Counted from the stretch's first letter, positions 1-10,838 are shown. The stretch: 64,000 nt of DNA from Desulfurivibrionaceae bacterium (GCA_031581485.1 JAVLBA010000001.1:26440-90439), one strand, 5' to 3'. Program-made: numbers and translations. Notes: generated from the sequence alone by a model not told the origin.

Positions 1-1
1 T

Positions 2-30
2 AAAAAAAGGCCCTCAAAAGGGCCCTTTTT
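2..30. terminator. intrinsic terminator hairpin downstream of SH3-domain gene
   Basis: A7-GGCCCT-CAAA-AGGGCC-C-T5 inverted repeat with A and T tails. Confidence 0.65.
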
Positions 31-40
31 GCTGGTGAGG

Positions 41-502
41 TTACGGCCAGACCAGGGATTGATGGACCCAGGCCCGGGTGCCATCCATATGGGTAACCTG
101 GAGCCATTCGCCATCTGTGCGGCCCGGAGTGAAGACCACCCCGTAGAGGGCGGAGGCAGATATCTCGTAATTTTTGCCCGGCCCTACTCTGAGATTGGCC
201 TTTTTCACCCTGATAATGACCTGGCGCTTTTTCTGGAGGAGGGGCCCGTAGATCCAGCCGGTATCGCCCTCGAAATCTTCGGTGTTGACCCAGTCTCCCT
301 TGCGGGCAATGACCTTGAGGGGAAAATTCTTAAATACCTCCCAGTGGATCTCGGCAGATGTGGAAGGGGCTGAGCGGACATTGACCCCGTCCTTGATAAC
401 GGTGAGATACTCAGCCGCCTGAGTGGTCCCGGCCAGAGCAGAGATGGCCAGGGCAAGAAGGAGGGCAAGGGTAAGGGGCGATGATTTTTTGCAAAATTTC
501 AT
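41..502 (-). CDS. exported protein with two bacterial SH3 domains
   Basis: Signal peptide MKFCKKSSPLTLALLLALAISALAGTTQA; two SH3b-like repeats VNVRSAPS and ANLRVGPG; start moved to the ATG at 502. Confidence 0.75.
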   Translation of the reverse strand: MKFCKKSSPLTLALLLALAISALAGTTQAAEYLTVIKDGVNVRSAPSTSAEIHWEVFKNFPLKVIARKGDWVNTEDFEGDTGWIYGPLLQKKRQVIIRVKKANLRVGPGKNYEISASALYGVVFTPGRTDGEWLQVTHMDGTRAWVHQSLVWP

Positions 503-753
503 GATGGTGGACAGCTCCGTCATAAATGAGGATTCAGGGTGAACTTTCCGGGGGGATTGGCAGCGGCAATATTTTTTTAAAATAGCATTCCAAATCCCGC
601 AAGTCAAGACGCCAGAGGCCTTCGTCTCAGGCAATGACGAAGAGGAACCTCTTTAATGATATGTAAAATTAAAGAGGACATTTTGCTGATTTTGTTCCTC
701 TTTTTTTACTGGAAAAGGGGGAGATGGGGGCAAAGCACCCCTGTTGCCCGGGG

Positions 754-1494
754 TTACTCATTCTTACTAATAATATGGATCAGAAACTCCTTATTGCCCT
801 TGGGACCCAGGATGGGGGATTCTGTCACCCCTTCATGGCCAAGGCCAAGCCCGGCAATGAATTCCTTGATCGATTCCACCACCTCGTCATGGAGGGCCGG
901 ATCGCTGACCACGCCACCCTTGCCCACCTTGCCCTTGCCCACTTCGAATTGGGGTTTGATGAGGGAGAGAATGCTCACCGGCTTGGGAGCAAAGAGGGGG
1001 ATGAGGGCGGGAATGAGAAGTCGGATGGAGATAAAGGCCGCATCAATAACCGCCAGGTCAAGGGGCTGGGGAATAGCCTCCCGGTTCAGATAGCGGGCAT
1101 TGGTTCTTTCCAGGACCACCACCCTGGGGTCTTGACGTAACTTCCAGTCGAGCTGGCCGTAGCCCACATCCACCGCATAAACCAGGGTGGCATTCTTTTG
1201 GAGGAGGCAGTCCGTGAAGCCGCCGGTGGAGGCGCCGATATCCGCGCAGATCAGACCGCTGGGATCAAGGTGGAAGAAATCAAGGCCCTTGGCCAGTTTC
1301 AGGCCGCCCCGACTGACAAAGGGGCAGGTTTTGCCCTTGATGGTGATTTCCAGGCCGTCATCCACCTGGCTGCCGGCCTTGTCCATTATCTGGCCCGCCA
1401 CCAGGACCTGGCCGCTGCCGATGATGGCCTGGGCCTTGTGCCTGGTTTCCGCCAGGCCGCGCGCCACCAGTAATTTGTCGAGACGTATCTTCAT
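754..1494 (-). CDS. tlyA: TlyA family rRNA methyltransferase
   Basis: S4 domain RLDKLLV, FVSRGGLKL, DIGASTGGFTD, KPQFE, GPKGNKEF. Confidence 0.93.
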   Translation of the reverse strand: MKIRLDKLLVARGLAETRHKAQAIIGSGQVLVAGQIMDKAGSQVDDGLEITIKGKTCPFVSRGGLKLAKGLDFFHLDPSGLICADIGASTGGFTDCLLQKNATLVYAVDVGYGQLDWKLRQDPRVVVLERTNARYLNREAIPQPLDLAVIDAAFISIRLLIPALIPLFAPKPVSILSLIKPQFEVGKGKVGKGGVVSDPALHDEVVESIKEFIAGLGLGHEGVTESPILGPKGNKEFLIHIISKNE

Positions 1495-1601
1495 GATGGT
1501 GGGGAAGCCTTGTTGAAGCTACGGCATCCATGGAAAAGAAAAAGAATTTCTTCCGGCCTGCCGTGGCGAAATATTTTAAAGAGAGGATCCCGCCTGTTGC
1601 C

Positions 1602-2954
1602 TCAGGCGATGTCCGCCTGGCGGATCAGTTCGCATAGTTCGTCGGCCATGGCCTCGATGACCTCTTGATCCTTGCCCTCAAGCATGACCCGGACCACCGG
1701 TTCGGTTCCGGAATGGCGGACCAGAATCCGGCCCTCGCCGGCCAGTTTTTTCTCCATGTCGGCCATGGCCTGATTGAAGCCGGGTACCAGGTCGAGATTC
1801 ATCCTCTGGGCTGTGCGGACATTTTTCAGGACCTGGGGGAAAGAGTCCATCACCGTGGCCAGCTCTGAGATCGGTTTATTCTGTTTGATCATGATGGCCA
1901 GAAGCTGCAGGGCAGCCAGGATGCCGTCACCTGTGGTGTTGTGGTCAAGGAAAATGAGGTGGCCCGATTGTTCGCCGCCAAAGGAGTAGTTGTTTCTGCG
2001 CATCTCCTCCACCACATAGCGGTCGCCCACTGCTGTTCGCACCATCTTGCCACCCATCCTGGCCATGGCAACCTCAAGACCCATATTGCTCATCACCGTG
2101 GTGACCAGGGTTTTTTTGTTGAGCTTCTTGGTGGCCAGAAGGTCCTTGGCACAGATGGCCATGGTGTGGTCGCCATCAACAATTCTGCCCTTCTCGTCGC
2201 AGACAATGAGGCGGTCGCCGTCCCCATCCAGGGCAATACCGATATCCGCCCCTACTTCTCTGACTTTGGCCGCCATCACCTCAGGGTGGAGGGCACCGCA
2301 CTCCTTGTTGATATTCTTGCCGTCCGGTTCAACGCCGATGGTGGTGACCTTGGCGCCCAGCTCTTCGAAGACATGGGGGGCCACGCCGTAGGTGGCGCCG
2401 TGGGCACAGTCCAGCACGATGTGGAAACTGTCCAGGCTGTACTGTTTGGGAAAGGTATTCTTCAGAAAGACGATATAGCGGCCCCGGGCATCATCAATAC
2501 GGAAGGCCTTGCCTACATCTTCAGCCACCGGCCGCAGGGCCTCCATCTTCTGCGAAAAGATGAGCTCCTCGATATCCGCTTCTTTTTGGTCAGGCAGTTT
2601 AAAGCCGTCCCTGGAGAAGATTTTGATGCCGTTGTCCTGAAAGGGGTTGTGGGAGGCGGAAATGACCACCCCGGCATCAGCCCGCATGCTGGTGGTGATA
2701 AAGGCTATGCCCGGGGTGGGCATGGGGCCCAGCAGCATGACATCCACACCCATGGAGCAGATACCGGCGGCCAGGGCGTTTTCCAGCATATAACCGGAGA
2801 TGCGGGTGTCTTTGCCGATGACGATGCGATGGGTCTTGCGCATGTCCCTGACCTGAAAGGCAATGCCCCGGCCGATCTGCATGGCGATCTCTGTGGTCAT
2901 GGGGTGGATATTGGCTACCCCTCTGATACCGTCTGTACCGAATAATTTACGCAT
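1602..2954 (-). CDS. glmM: phosphoglucosamine mutase
   Basis: [35 protein letters not shown]. Confidence 0.96.
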   Translation of the reverse strand: MRKLFGTDGIRGVANIHPMTTEIAMQIGRGIAFQVRDMRKTHRIVIGKDTRISGYMLENALAAGICSMGVDVMLLGPMPTPGIAFITTSMRADAGVVISASHNPFQDNGIKIFSRDGFKLPDQKEADIEELIFSQKMEALRPVAEDVGKAFRIDDARGRYIVFLKNTFPKQYSLDSFHIVLDCAHGATYGVAPHVFEELGAKVTTIGVEPDGKNINKECGALHPEVMAAKVREVGADIGIALDGDGDRLIVCDEKGRIVDGDHTMAICAKDLLATKKLNKKTLVTTVMSNMGLEVAMARMGGKMVRTAVGDRYVVEEMRRNNYSFGGEQSGHLIFLDHNTTGDGILAALQLLAIMIKQNKPISELATVMDSFPQVLKNVRTAQRMNLDLVPGFNQAMADMEKKLAGEGRILVRHSGTEPVVRVMLEGKDQEVIEAMADELCELIRQADIA

Positions 2955-3000
2955 GAAAAAAACCTGTGACAGGGTTGTGGGAAAGGAAAAAGAGAGACCT

Positions 3001-3966
3001 CTACTGGCCGGCAGGGGGGACTGTCACCGACACCTCGCTGGGTTCCACCTCAAGGATCTTGATCCCCTCCGCCGTCTTGACTCTCACCTTGACGGTATGG
3101 GTACCGGCCTCCAGGTCAGCAATGCTTATCAGGGCGGTGAAGAGCGCTTGGTAATCATCGCTCTTCTGTGCCACGGAAGAGGGAATGGCAGAGTGGACCG
3201 TCACGGTGGGGGGTGAAATCTGCAGCAAGGGCACCCTATCCCCTTCGGCCACTATCACCGGGATATTTTTTACCACCCGCAGGACCTGCTTTTCCTCGAT
3301 GAGGATACTGGCCGTGACCACGGGGTGGCCGATGAGTTCGGAAATCTCCGGGGCCAGGTCAAGGGAGGTGTGGGTGATGGTGGGGCCTTTTAAGCCACTG
3401 ATGTCAATGGGCAGGGTGTTGATCATGCTCTCGCTGCCGATGATGCTCTTGGGGGCCGTGATGGTGATTTCCCCCGGTTCCAGGAGGACGGCAACCAGGG
3501 AGTAGCCTTCTGGGACCTGGCCGGTGGTAACGGCATGGATGGGCAATCTCTTTTCAATAAGCTTGTCGAGCTGCAGGATAAACTCAGATGGTTTTGCCCT
3601 CAGCACCCTGACGCCCCAGGGCACCGGAATCGAGCTGGGGTCGTTTTTGACCACCACCGGCCCGGGAGTGGCATTGGAAAGGTCCACGGTGCGGGAAACC
3701 TCGCCGGCCAGGTTGCGGATAAGGCCGCGGGAGCCGCTCACCGTAATCTCAAGCTCCCTTTTATACTCATTGGTTATAATCAGGTCTTGGGGCAGGTTGA
3801 TGACCTCCACCGGCACCCTTACCGTCATGTCGACATTGTCCTCGCCGGCGACGAAATACCACATGAAGACGGCGAAAAAAAGACTGAGAAGTTTGAGAAC
3901 CCAGTTCTTCGGCCATTTCCAGGAGCCAAAGAGCCGGTTCAGGCTCTGTTTAACCAGTTTTTCCAT
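3001..3966 (-). CDS. cdaR: CdaR/YbbR-like regulator of diadenylate cyclase
   Basis: N-terminal TM helix [15 protein letters not shown], repeated beta domains, position between cdaA and glmM. Confidence 0.85.
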   Translation of the reverse strand: MEKLVKQSLNRLFGSWKWPKNWVLKLLSLFFAVFMWYFVAGEDNVDMTVRVPVEVINLPQDLIITNEYKRELEITVSGSRGLIRNLAGEVSRTVDLSNATPGPVVVKNDPSSIPVPWGVRVLRAKPSEFILQLDKLIEKRLPIHAVTTGQVPEGYSLVAVLLEPGEITITAPKSIIGSESMINTLPIDISGLKGPTITHTSLDLAPEISELIGHPVVTASILIEEKQVLRVVKNIPVIVAEGDRVPLLQISPPTVTVHSAIPSSVAQKSDDYQALFTALISIADLEAGTHTVKVRVKTAEGIKILEVEPSEVSVTVPPAGQ

Positions 3967-4748
3967 ATATTCCTCTGGAATTCCTTGGGGACAAAAATTG
4001 CTTCCAGGCGGTTGCGCAGGGAGGTGATGTCAAGGTCACTGGTAATGCCGCCATGCATGACCAGGGAGATGGCTCCGGTTTCCTCGGAGACAACAATGAC
4101 CACGGCGTCTGTTTCCTCGGAAAGACCAATGGCGGCCCGGTGGCGGGTGCCCAGGGAGCGGCTGATGTAGGGGTTCTTGGTGAGCGGCAGCACGCAGCGG
4201 GCATTTAATATCCGGCCCTTGCGGACCATGACCCCGCCGTCATGGAGGGGCGAGGCGGGCAGAAAGAGGCTGATAAGGAGCTCTTTGCTCAGCTTGGCAT
4301 CCAGGATGACTGCTGATTCCATATAGTCGCGGAGGCCGGTTTCCCGTTCAATCACCATGAGGGCGCCGATTCGGCGCTTGGATAAATAGTCGCTGGCGCC
4401 AATGACCTCGTCCAGGGACTGGCTTTCATCTTCGCCCGGAGTGGTGGAAAAAGGGGTCTGGCCCATCTGGGTGAGGGCACGACGGATGTCACGTTGAAAG
4501 ATGATGATGATGATCAGTAGGATGGAGCTCAAGAAACGACCCAGCAGCCAGTAGAGGGTGAGGAGCTGGAGTTCGCGGGCCACAAAATAGGCAATGACCA
4601 GCACAAAGATCCCGGCCACCATCTGCACGGCCCGAGTGCCCCTGATCAGCAGGATGACCCGATAGATGATAAAGGAGACAATAAAGATGTCTGCCAGGTC
4701 AAAAAGAATTCGATATGATTGGAAAAAATGGTAGAGGCTTTCTGTCAT
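3939..4748 (-). CDS. cdaA: diadenylate cyclase CdaA
   Basis: Three N-terminal TM helices, GTRAVQM, PLHDGG and LGTRHRAAIG motifs, VSEETG. Confidence 0.93.
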   Translation of the reverse strand: MTESLYHFFQSYRILFDLADIFIVSFIIYRVILLIRGTRAVQMVAGIFVLVIAYFVARELQLLTLYWLLGRFLSSILLIIIIIFQRDIRRALTQMGQTPFSTTPGEDESQSLDEVIGASDYLSKRRIGALMVIERETGLRDYMESAVILDAKLSKELLISLFLPASPLHDGGVMVRKGRILNARCVLPLTKNPYISRSLGTRHRAAIGLSEETDAVVIVVSEETGAISLVMHGGITSDLDITSLRNRLEAIFVPKEFQRNIWKNWLNRA

Positions 4749-5046
4749 TTAGGAAAAAGAAGTCAGGGGTTATGTCTCGCGGCTCAAGAAGAGCATGTTT
4801 TTTTTATACTATAAAAGATATGGCAACTTTGCGAGATTAAAGAAGTTTATCCATAAAGAAAAAGGGAGAAAGTTTTCCAGCGGCCAGCCGCTCTGCCGGA
4901 GCTCGCTCAGCCCAGGGGCGTCATGGCCGCTCTCTGGTTTTCTTTTTCTGGGAGGCCGCGCAAAAGGTTTTGTGGTTGTTTTTACGTAAAAACAGTATGT
5001 TAACAGATATTTTTTGCGGCGGGATTTTTTTGGCCTGCCGACAATC

Positions 5047-5075
5047 TTGACACCCTGATAAAATTTATTTATATG
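5047..5075 (+). promoter_or_regulatory. sigma70-type promoter for rpsT
   Basis: TTGACA-17 nt-TATATG. Confidence 0.5.
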
Positions 5076-5274
5076 TACGTGTTTGGTGCGTCCCCACTGA
5101 CGACTATTCCTGTTTTTAGGGGGCTGCCGGGTAGGGATACATATTAAAAATAACGACTCTGTAAAAAAGCCAGGCTCTTGTCCGGAGGCATCGCCCATCC
5201 CCATTAAACTCGAAAGAGGGGAGGCGTTTTTTTGCAGGGTTCTTCAACAGACGTTTTGACAACGAGGAAAAATA

Positions 5275-5550
5275 GTGGCTAATCACAAATCAGCAATCAA
5301 GAGAACCAAGCAGAATGCAGTTCGCCGGGCCCGCAACCGTGCCATCCGTACCAAGATGAAGACCTTTATCAAGCGCATTGATACCGCCATTGCCGAAAAT
5401 TCAGTGGACAATGCCCAGGTGGCCTTGAAAGAGGCGGTTCCGGTTATCATGAAGGCGGCCTCCAAGGGGACCTTGAAGAAAGAAAATGCCTCGCGCAAGG
5501 TATCTCGTCTCACCAAACGGGTTAATACCTTTATCGCCAGCGCAGCCTAA
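5275..5550 (+). CDS. rpsT: 30S ribosomal protein S20
   Basis: MANHKSAIKR...ASRKVSRL; GTG start after GAGGA. Confidence 0.97.
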   Translation: MANHKSAIKRTKQNAVRRARNRAIRTKMKTFIKRIDTAIAENSVDNAQVALKEAVPVIMKAASKGTLKKENASRKVSRLTKRVNTFIASAA

Positions 5551-5736
5551 TTTTTTAGTCTCAGTAGGAATTGCAGAGACGGGGTTTGAGCGGCGCCTGT
5601 CGCCGCGGCATGGCAATCATGGAATATCAGGGCAAGACAAGTGGTGACCGCATAGCGACAAGGTCGGTGATCTTTTTGCCCTTAGTGTCCCGGAGAGCCA
5701 TTTCCCTGGGACTCAGGAATGCCGCCTCTCTTCTGT

Positions 5737-5783
5737 AAAAAAAAAGCCACGGAACCGTCATAGCGGCTCCGTGGCTTTTTTTT
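5737..5783. terminator. bidirectional intrinsic terminator between rpsT and trpE
   Basis: A9-GCCACGGAACCG-TCATAG-CGGCTCCGTGGC-T8. Confidence 0.8.
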
Positions 5784-5962
5784 GTGACGCTTCTTCTCCC
5801 GGTTCTGACTCTGTTGGCCCGGCAAAAGTCAAAAAAGATGCTGACGTGCAGCGGTTGCCGGGGTGATGTGCCATCGACATGTTTGCGGGCCCGCCTTGGC
5901 GAAACTGCAAAGATGTGAGCCGGTCTCGGCCAGGCCTTATGTGTCAAGAGGATACCAAAAGA

Positions 5963-7447
5963 ATGTATAAGCCAGGATTGGAAGATTTCAGGCAATTGGC
6001 CTTGGAGGCGGGACTCATCCCGGTCTGCCGGGAAATTGTCGCTGATCTTGATACGCCGCTGACGGTCTTTGCCAAGCTGGCCGGCAACGAGTCCCACGCC
6101 TTTTTGCTGGAGAGTCTGGAAGGGGGGGAAACCTGGGGCCGCTATTCCTTTGTGGGCTATGACCCCCTGCTGACCTTTGAGAGCCGGGGCAGCCAGATCA
6201 AAGTGCGCCAGGGTGACGATCTCACTGCCTTGAGCGGCGACCCCCTGGCTGAGCTCAAAAAGCTGCTGGCATCTTTTAAGGCCTGTACGGACAGTGATTT
6301 TCTGCCCCGCTTTTTTGGGGGGGCTGTGGGCTATCTCGGCTATGAAATGGTGCGCTTCATGGAGCGTCTGCCTGAGAAAAATCCGCCCCTGGCCGATCTG
6401 CCGGAAAGCTCCTTCATGGTGCCCAGGTTTATCCTCATCTTTGACAATCTCAAGCAGACCTTGAGCGTGGTCAACTGTGTCAGGGTGGCGGAGAATGCCG
6501 ATCTTGACCGCGTCTATCAGCAGGCCCTTGCTGATATTGATACCGTGATCGCCGACCTCAAATCCTCTCCTCTGCCCCATGACGTGGTGGAGGGGGATGG
6601 TCCCTTTGCCTCCCATGAGTTCACTGCCAATATGGAGCCGGAGGCCTTCCGGGAGATGGTGGCCAAGGCCAAGGAATATATCATGGCCGGGGACATCATC
6701 CAGGTCGTGCTTTCCCAGCGTTTCCATACCAGGACAACTATCCCGCCCTTTCTCCTCTACCGGGCCTTGCGCCATGTTAATCCCAGTCCCTATCTTTTTT
6801 ATGTCAGGATGGGGGATGTTATCCAGATCGGCTCTTCCCCGGAAATCCTGGTCCGCCTTGAGGAGAAGAAGGTTGAGGTGCGACCCATTGCCGGCACCAG
6901 ACCGCGGGGCAAGAACCCCCAGGAGGATCTGGCCCTGGAACAGGAGCTGCTGGCTGACCCCAAGGAGTGTGCCGAGCATCTCATGCTGGTGGATCTGGGG
7001 CGTAATGATCTGGGCCGGGTGGCCAGGTACGGGACGGTTGAAACCTATGAATTGATGGTTGTTGAGCGCTACAGCCATGTCATGCATATCGTCTCCGGTG
7101 TCCGGGGTGAGCTCGCTGAGGGGTATGATCAGTTTGATGTGGTGCGGGCCTGTTTCCCGGCCGGCACGGTGAGCGGCGCCCCCAAGGTGCGGGCCATGGA
7201 GATTATTGAGGAGCTGGAACCTGAGCGGCGCGGCCCCTACGCCGGGGCAGTGGGTTATTTTGGTTTTTCCGGCAATATGGATTTCAGTATCACCATCCGC
7301 ACCTTTATCATGCATGGCAAGGATCTGTGGGTCCAGGCCGGTGCCGGTGTGGTGGCGGACTCTGATCCGGAGATGGAATATCAGGAAACCTTGAATAAAT
7401 TACGGGGAGTGCGCCGGGCCGTGGAGTTGGCTGAAAAGGGCATATGA
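5963..7447 (+). CDS. trpE: anthranilate synthase component I
   Basis: LLESLEGGETWGRYS, NPSPY, PIAGTRPRG, EHLMLVDLGRND, PAGTVSGAPK. Confidence 0.95.
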   Translation: MYKPGLEDFRQLALEAGLIPVCREIVADLDTPLTVFAKLAGNESHAFLLESLEGGETWGRYSFVGYDPLLTFESRGSQIKVRQGDDLTALSGDPLAELKKLLASFKACTDSDFLPRFFGGAVGYLGYEMVRFMERLPEKNPPLADLPESSFMVPRFILIFDNLKQTLSVVNCVRVAENADLDRVYQQALADIDTVIADLKSSPLPHDVVEGDGPFASHEFTANMEPEAFREMVAKAKEYIMAGDIIQVVLSQRFHTRTTIPPFLLYRALRHVNPSPYLFYVRMGDVIQIGSSPEILVRLEEKKVEVRPIAGTRPRGKNPQEDLALEQELLADPKECAEHLMLVDLGRNDLGRVARYGTVETYELMVVERYSHVMHIVSGVRGELAEGYDQFDVVRACFPAGTVSGAPKVRAMEIIEELEPERRGPYAGAVGYFGFSGNMDFSITIRTFIMHGKDLWVQAGAGVVADSDPEMEYQETLNKLRGVRRAVELAEKGI

Positions 7448-7554
7448 CCTTTGGTAGAGCCCGAGGCGGCCCGGAAGCCATAGGCTGCCGCGGAATCTTC
7501 CCCTCTCTTTTTGAGGCCGCCCTTTTTCTTGGTTAAGCAGGAGCAAAGACAAGC

Positions 7555-8139
7555 ATGATTGTCATCATCGATAACTACGATTCATTTACTTATAATATTG
7601 TCCAGACCATCGGTTCCTTTGGCGAGGAGATCAAGGTCTTTCGCAATGACCAGGTGGATATCCCCTTTATTGAGGGGCTGCGGCCGGACCGGTTGCTTAT
7701 TTCGCCGGGCCCCTGTTCCCCGGGGCAGGCCGGCATTTCGGTGGAGGCCATCCGTTATTTTGCCGGCAAGATCCCCCTGCTTGGGGTCTGTCTGGGCCAT
7801 CAGGCCATTGGTGAGGCCTTTGGCGGCAAGGTTGTTCGGGCCGGGCGGGTCATGCACGGCAAGACCAGTCCGGTGAGCCATGACGGCAAGGGGGTCTTCA
7901 CCTCGCTGCCGTCGCCCTTTGCCGCCATGCGCTATCATTCCCTGGTGGTGGCCGAGGATGACCTGCCTGATTGTCTGGAGATCACGGCCCGCACCGACCA
8001 GGGCGAGCTCATGGGCCTGCGGCACAGGGAATTGCTGGTGGAAGGGGTGCAGTTTCATCCCGAATCGATCATGACCCCGGACGGCGTCCTGTTGCTGAAG
8101 AATTTTGTCAGTGCCCACTATCCGCAGATGGTTCGGTAA
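7555..8139 (+). CDS. trpG: anthranilate synthase component II (glutamine amidotransferase)
   Basis: [28 protein letters not shown]. Confidence 0.95.
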   Translation: MIVIIDNYDSFTYNIVQTIGSFGEEIKVFRNDQVDIPFIEGLRPDRLLISPGPCSPGQAGISVEAIRYFAGKIPLLGVCLGHQAIGEAFGGKVVRAGRVMHGKTSPVSHDGKGVFTSLPSPFAAMRYHSLVVAEDDLPDCLEITARTDQGELMGLRHRELLVEGVQFHPESIMTPDGVLLLKNFVSAHYPQMVR

Positions 8140-8210
8140 CAAACAAAATAAGAAGGTTCCTTTTGGTAGGCCGGAGAGGAACGGACCAAGAAAGCGCACG
8201 AGGTGAAGAG

Positions 8211-9251
8211 ATGATAAAGGAAGCCATTGGCAAGATTGTCAGCGGGACGGATCTGTCTGAGGCGGAGATGGTGGCGGTGATGGATGAGATCATGAGCGGC
8301 AATGCCACTGATGCGCAGATCGGCGCCTTTATCACCGGTCTGCGCCTCAAGGGTGAGACCGTTGACGAGATTACCGGTGCCGCCCGGGTCATGCGGGAAA
8401 AGGCCACATTTGTGGATGCCGGCGACAAAGACCAGGTGCTGGTGGATATCGTCGGCACCGGTGGTGATTGCTCAGGCACCTTTAATGTCTCCACCACTGC
8501 TTCTTTTGTGGTGGCTGGGGCCGGGGTGGCGGTGGCCAAGCATGGTAACCGCTCCGTCTCCAGTCATTGCGGCAGCGCCGATGTTCTGGAGGCCCTGGGC
8601 GTTGATCTGGCCATGGGCGCGGCCGACATCGGCCAGGCCGTGCGCCAGGTGGGCATCGGCTTCATGTTCGCCCCTGTGCTCCATGGCGCCATGAAATACG
8701 CCATTGGTCCCCGCCGGGAGATCGGCATCCGCACCATCTTCAACATCCTGGGTCCCCTCACCAACCCGGCCAGGGCCAATGTCTATCTGCTGGGCGTCTT
8801 CACCCCGGATCTGGTGGAGACCATGGCCCATGTCCTGGGGCGTTTCGGTGTCAAACGGGCCCTGGTGGTGTGCGGCGAAGGCAATATCGACGAGATCACC
8901 ATCAGCGGTTCCACCCTGGTGGCGGATTATCAGGACGGCAAGGTCTCCACCTATACCATCAGCCCGGAAGATGTCGGGCTGACCAGGGCCGCGCTCCAGG
9001 ATATCAAGGGAGGCGCCACTGCTGCCCTTTCCGCCATCCAGCTCCGGGAGATCCTGGAGGGCAAGCCCGGGCCCTGTCTTGACACGGTGCTGCTTAATGC
9101 CGGTGCGGCCCTCATGGCAGCCGGCCGGGCCGCTGACCTGAAGGGCGGGGTGGAACTGGCCCGCCAGAGTGTGGTCTCCGGGGCCGCCCTTGCCAAGATG
9201 CACAGTCTGGTGGCGTTCTCCGCCAGGGGAGCGGTAGAGCATGATTCTTGA
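8211..9251 (+). CDS. trpD: anthranilate phosphoribosyltransferase
   Basis: DIVGTGGD, FNVST, KHGNRSVSS, GPLTNPA. Confidence 0.95.
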   Translation: MIKEAIGKIVSGTDLSEAEMVAVMDEIMSGNATDAQIGAFITGLRLKGETVDEITGAARVMREKATFVDAGDKDQVLVDIVGTGGDCSGTFNVSTTASFVVAGAGVAVAKHGNRSVSSHCGSADVLEALGVDLAMGAADIGQAVRQVGIGFMFAPVLHGAMKYAIGPRREIGIRTIFNILGPLTNPARANVYLLGVFTPDLVETMAHVLGRFGVKRALVVCGEGNIDEITISGSTLVADYQDGKVSTYTISPEDVGLTRAALQDIKGGATAALSAIQLREILEGKPGPCLDTVLLNAGAALMAAGRAADLKGGVELARQSVVSGAALAKMHSLVAFSARGAVEHDS

Positions 9252-10005
9252 TACCATTGTTGCACAGAAAAAACGTGAGGTGGCGGCCCTGAAGAAGCGT
9301 GGCATCAGGCCTCCGGGCGAGGTGGACCCGCCCCGCGGTTTCCAGCAGGCCCTCACCTCCTATGCCGGCATCGCCCTCATTGCCGAGGCCAAGAAGGCCT
9401 CTCCTTCCAAGGGCGTGATCTGCGAGGATTTCAGGCCGGTGGAGATCGCCAGGCGCTATGAGGCCGGCGGGGCCCAGTGTTTGTCGGTACTCACGGATGA
9501 GAATTTTTTTCAGGGTCATCTTGATTATCTCTCCCAGGTGCGTAAGGCCGTGGGGCTGCCGGTGCTGCGCAAGGATTTCACCATTGACCAGGTGCAGATC
9601 CAAGAGGCCCGGGCCCACGGTGCCGATGCCATTCTCCTCATTGCCGCCATCCTGAGCCAGAACCAGATGGCGGAGTTCCTGGCTTTAGCCCAAGAGCTTG
9701 GCATGGACGTGCTGGTGGAGGTCCATAACGAGAGGGAGCTGGAGAGGGCCCTGGCCATCAACAGCCCCTTGATCGGCATCAATAACCGCAACCTCAATGA
9801 CTTCAGCGTCGATCTGGGCACCACCCTGCGCCTCAAAAAAGAGATTCCTGCCCACATTCCGGTGGTGAGTGAATCGGGCATCCGGGATGGGGATGATATC
9901 AGACGACTTGCTGAGCATGATATCTGCGCGGTGCTGGTGGGAGAGTCCCTGATGCGCGCCGGTGGCCGGGATGTTTTTCTGCGCGAATTGATGGGGCGAA
10001 GCTGA
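9241..10005 (+). CDS. trpC: indole-3-glycerol phosphate synthase
   Basis: IAEAKKASPSKG, PVLRKDF, GINNRNL, SESGI. Confidence 0.95.
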   Translation: MILDTIVAQKKREVAALKKRGIRPPGEVDPPRGFQQALTSYAGIALIAEAKKASPSKGVICEDFRPVEIARRYEAGGAQCLSVLTDENFFQGHLDYLSQVRKAVGLPVLRKDFTIDQVQIQEARAHGADAILLIAAILSQNQMAEFLALAQELGMDVLVEVHNERELERALAINSPLIGINNRNLNDFSVDLGTTLRLKKEIPAHIPVVSESGIRDGDDIRRLAEHDICAVLVGESLMRAGGRDVFLRELMGRS

Positions 10006-10118
10006 ATTTGCGCTAAAACGGTGGCAGCAGGATAGTGGCTGGCCCGTTAATCCAAGGCGCGGCCTTGGCCGGGCGTCTTGCCGCTTGCATGAGATTACCT
10101 AATGAAGGAGGAGGGCCA

Positions 10119-10760
10119 ATGGTTGGTCGAACACGGGTTAAGATCTGTGGCATGACAGACCCTTTTGAGGTTGAAAAGGCGGTTGCCGCCGGGGTTGATG
10201 CCTTGGGATTTATTTTTGTGCCGCAGAGCCCTCGGGCCATAGATCATGAAAGGGCCCGGGAAATTATCGCGGATCTGCCGCCCTTTGTTGATGCGGTGGG
10301 TGTCTTCCTGAACGAAGATCCTGAGGTGGTGGGCGAGATCGTTAATTTCTGCGGACTCACCGTGGTGCAGCTCCATGGTCAGGAGCCGCCCGACTATTGC
10401 CAGATGATGCCCTGCCGGGTGATCAAGGCCTTCCAGGCCAGGGCAGGCATGGGGCCTGATGTGCTTGAGCCTTATGCTGAGGTGGTTGGGGCCTTTCTGC
10501 TGGATACCTATCACCCGGAAATGGCAGGGGGCACCGGTCTCTCCTTTGACTGGAGCCTGGTGGAGAATCTCATGCCCGGCAGGCCCCTTATCCTGGCCGG
10601 CGGTCTCAATGTCGACAATGTGCGTGCCGCCATCGATCAGGTCCACCCCTTTGCCGTGGATGTCAATTCCGGTATTGAGGTGAGTCCCGGCCGCAAAGAT
10701 CCCGAGAAGATTGCCGCCCTCCTGCAGCAGGTGGCCCGGGCCGATAATCGCTGCCTCTAA
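10119..10760 (+). CDS. trpF: phosphoribosylanthranilate isomerase
   Basis: RVKICGMT, VQLHG, GGTG, LAGGL, DVNSGIE; GGAGGAG RBS. Confidence 0.93.
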   Translation: MVGRTRVKICGMTDPFEVEKAVAAGVDALGFIFVPQSPRAIDHERAREIIADLPPFVDAVGVFLNEDPEVVGEIVNFCGLTVVQLHGQEPPDYCQMMPCRVIKAFQARAGMGPDVLEPYAEVVGAFLLDTYHPEMAGGTGLSFDWSLVENLMPGRPLILAGGLNVDNVRAAIDQVHPFAVDVNSGIEVSPGRKDPEKIAALLQQVARADNRCL

Positions 10761-10769
10761 CATCTGTAT

Positions 10770-10818
10770 TGCAAAAAAAAGGCCGCCTCCCTGCAGGGAG
10801 GCGGCCTTTTTTTTTGCA
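10770..10818. terminator. bidirectional terminator between convergent trpF and degQ
   Basis: Near-perfect palindrome A8-GGCCGCCTCCC-TGCA-GGGAGGCGGCC-T9. Confidence 0.9.
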
Positions 10819-10838
10819 GACCTTCTGCAGGTCAGACT

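Noticed and set aside
5085..5195. c-di-AMP (ydaO) or c-di-GMP riboswitch near cdaA
   Set aside because: Only fragments match (GTAGGGATAC, TCCGGAGGC, GGGACGCA); the core motifs CCCGUCAGCUAAC and GGCAAA..GAAA are absent.
5551..5790. trp attenuator leader peptide
   Set aside because: The frame with TGG codons has no start codon after an upstream stop, and the ATG-initiated ORF has no Trp.
5627..7315. 562-aa antisense ORF (likewise 14727-16490, 19471-20907, 61382-63553 and many shorter ones)
   Set aside because: Shadow ORFs opposite well-supported genes, expected from high GC3 codon bias; no motifs.
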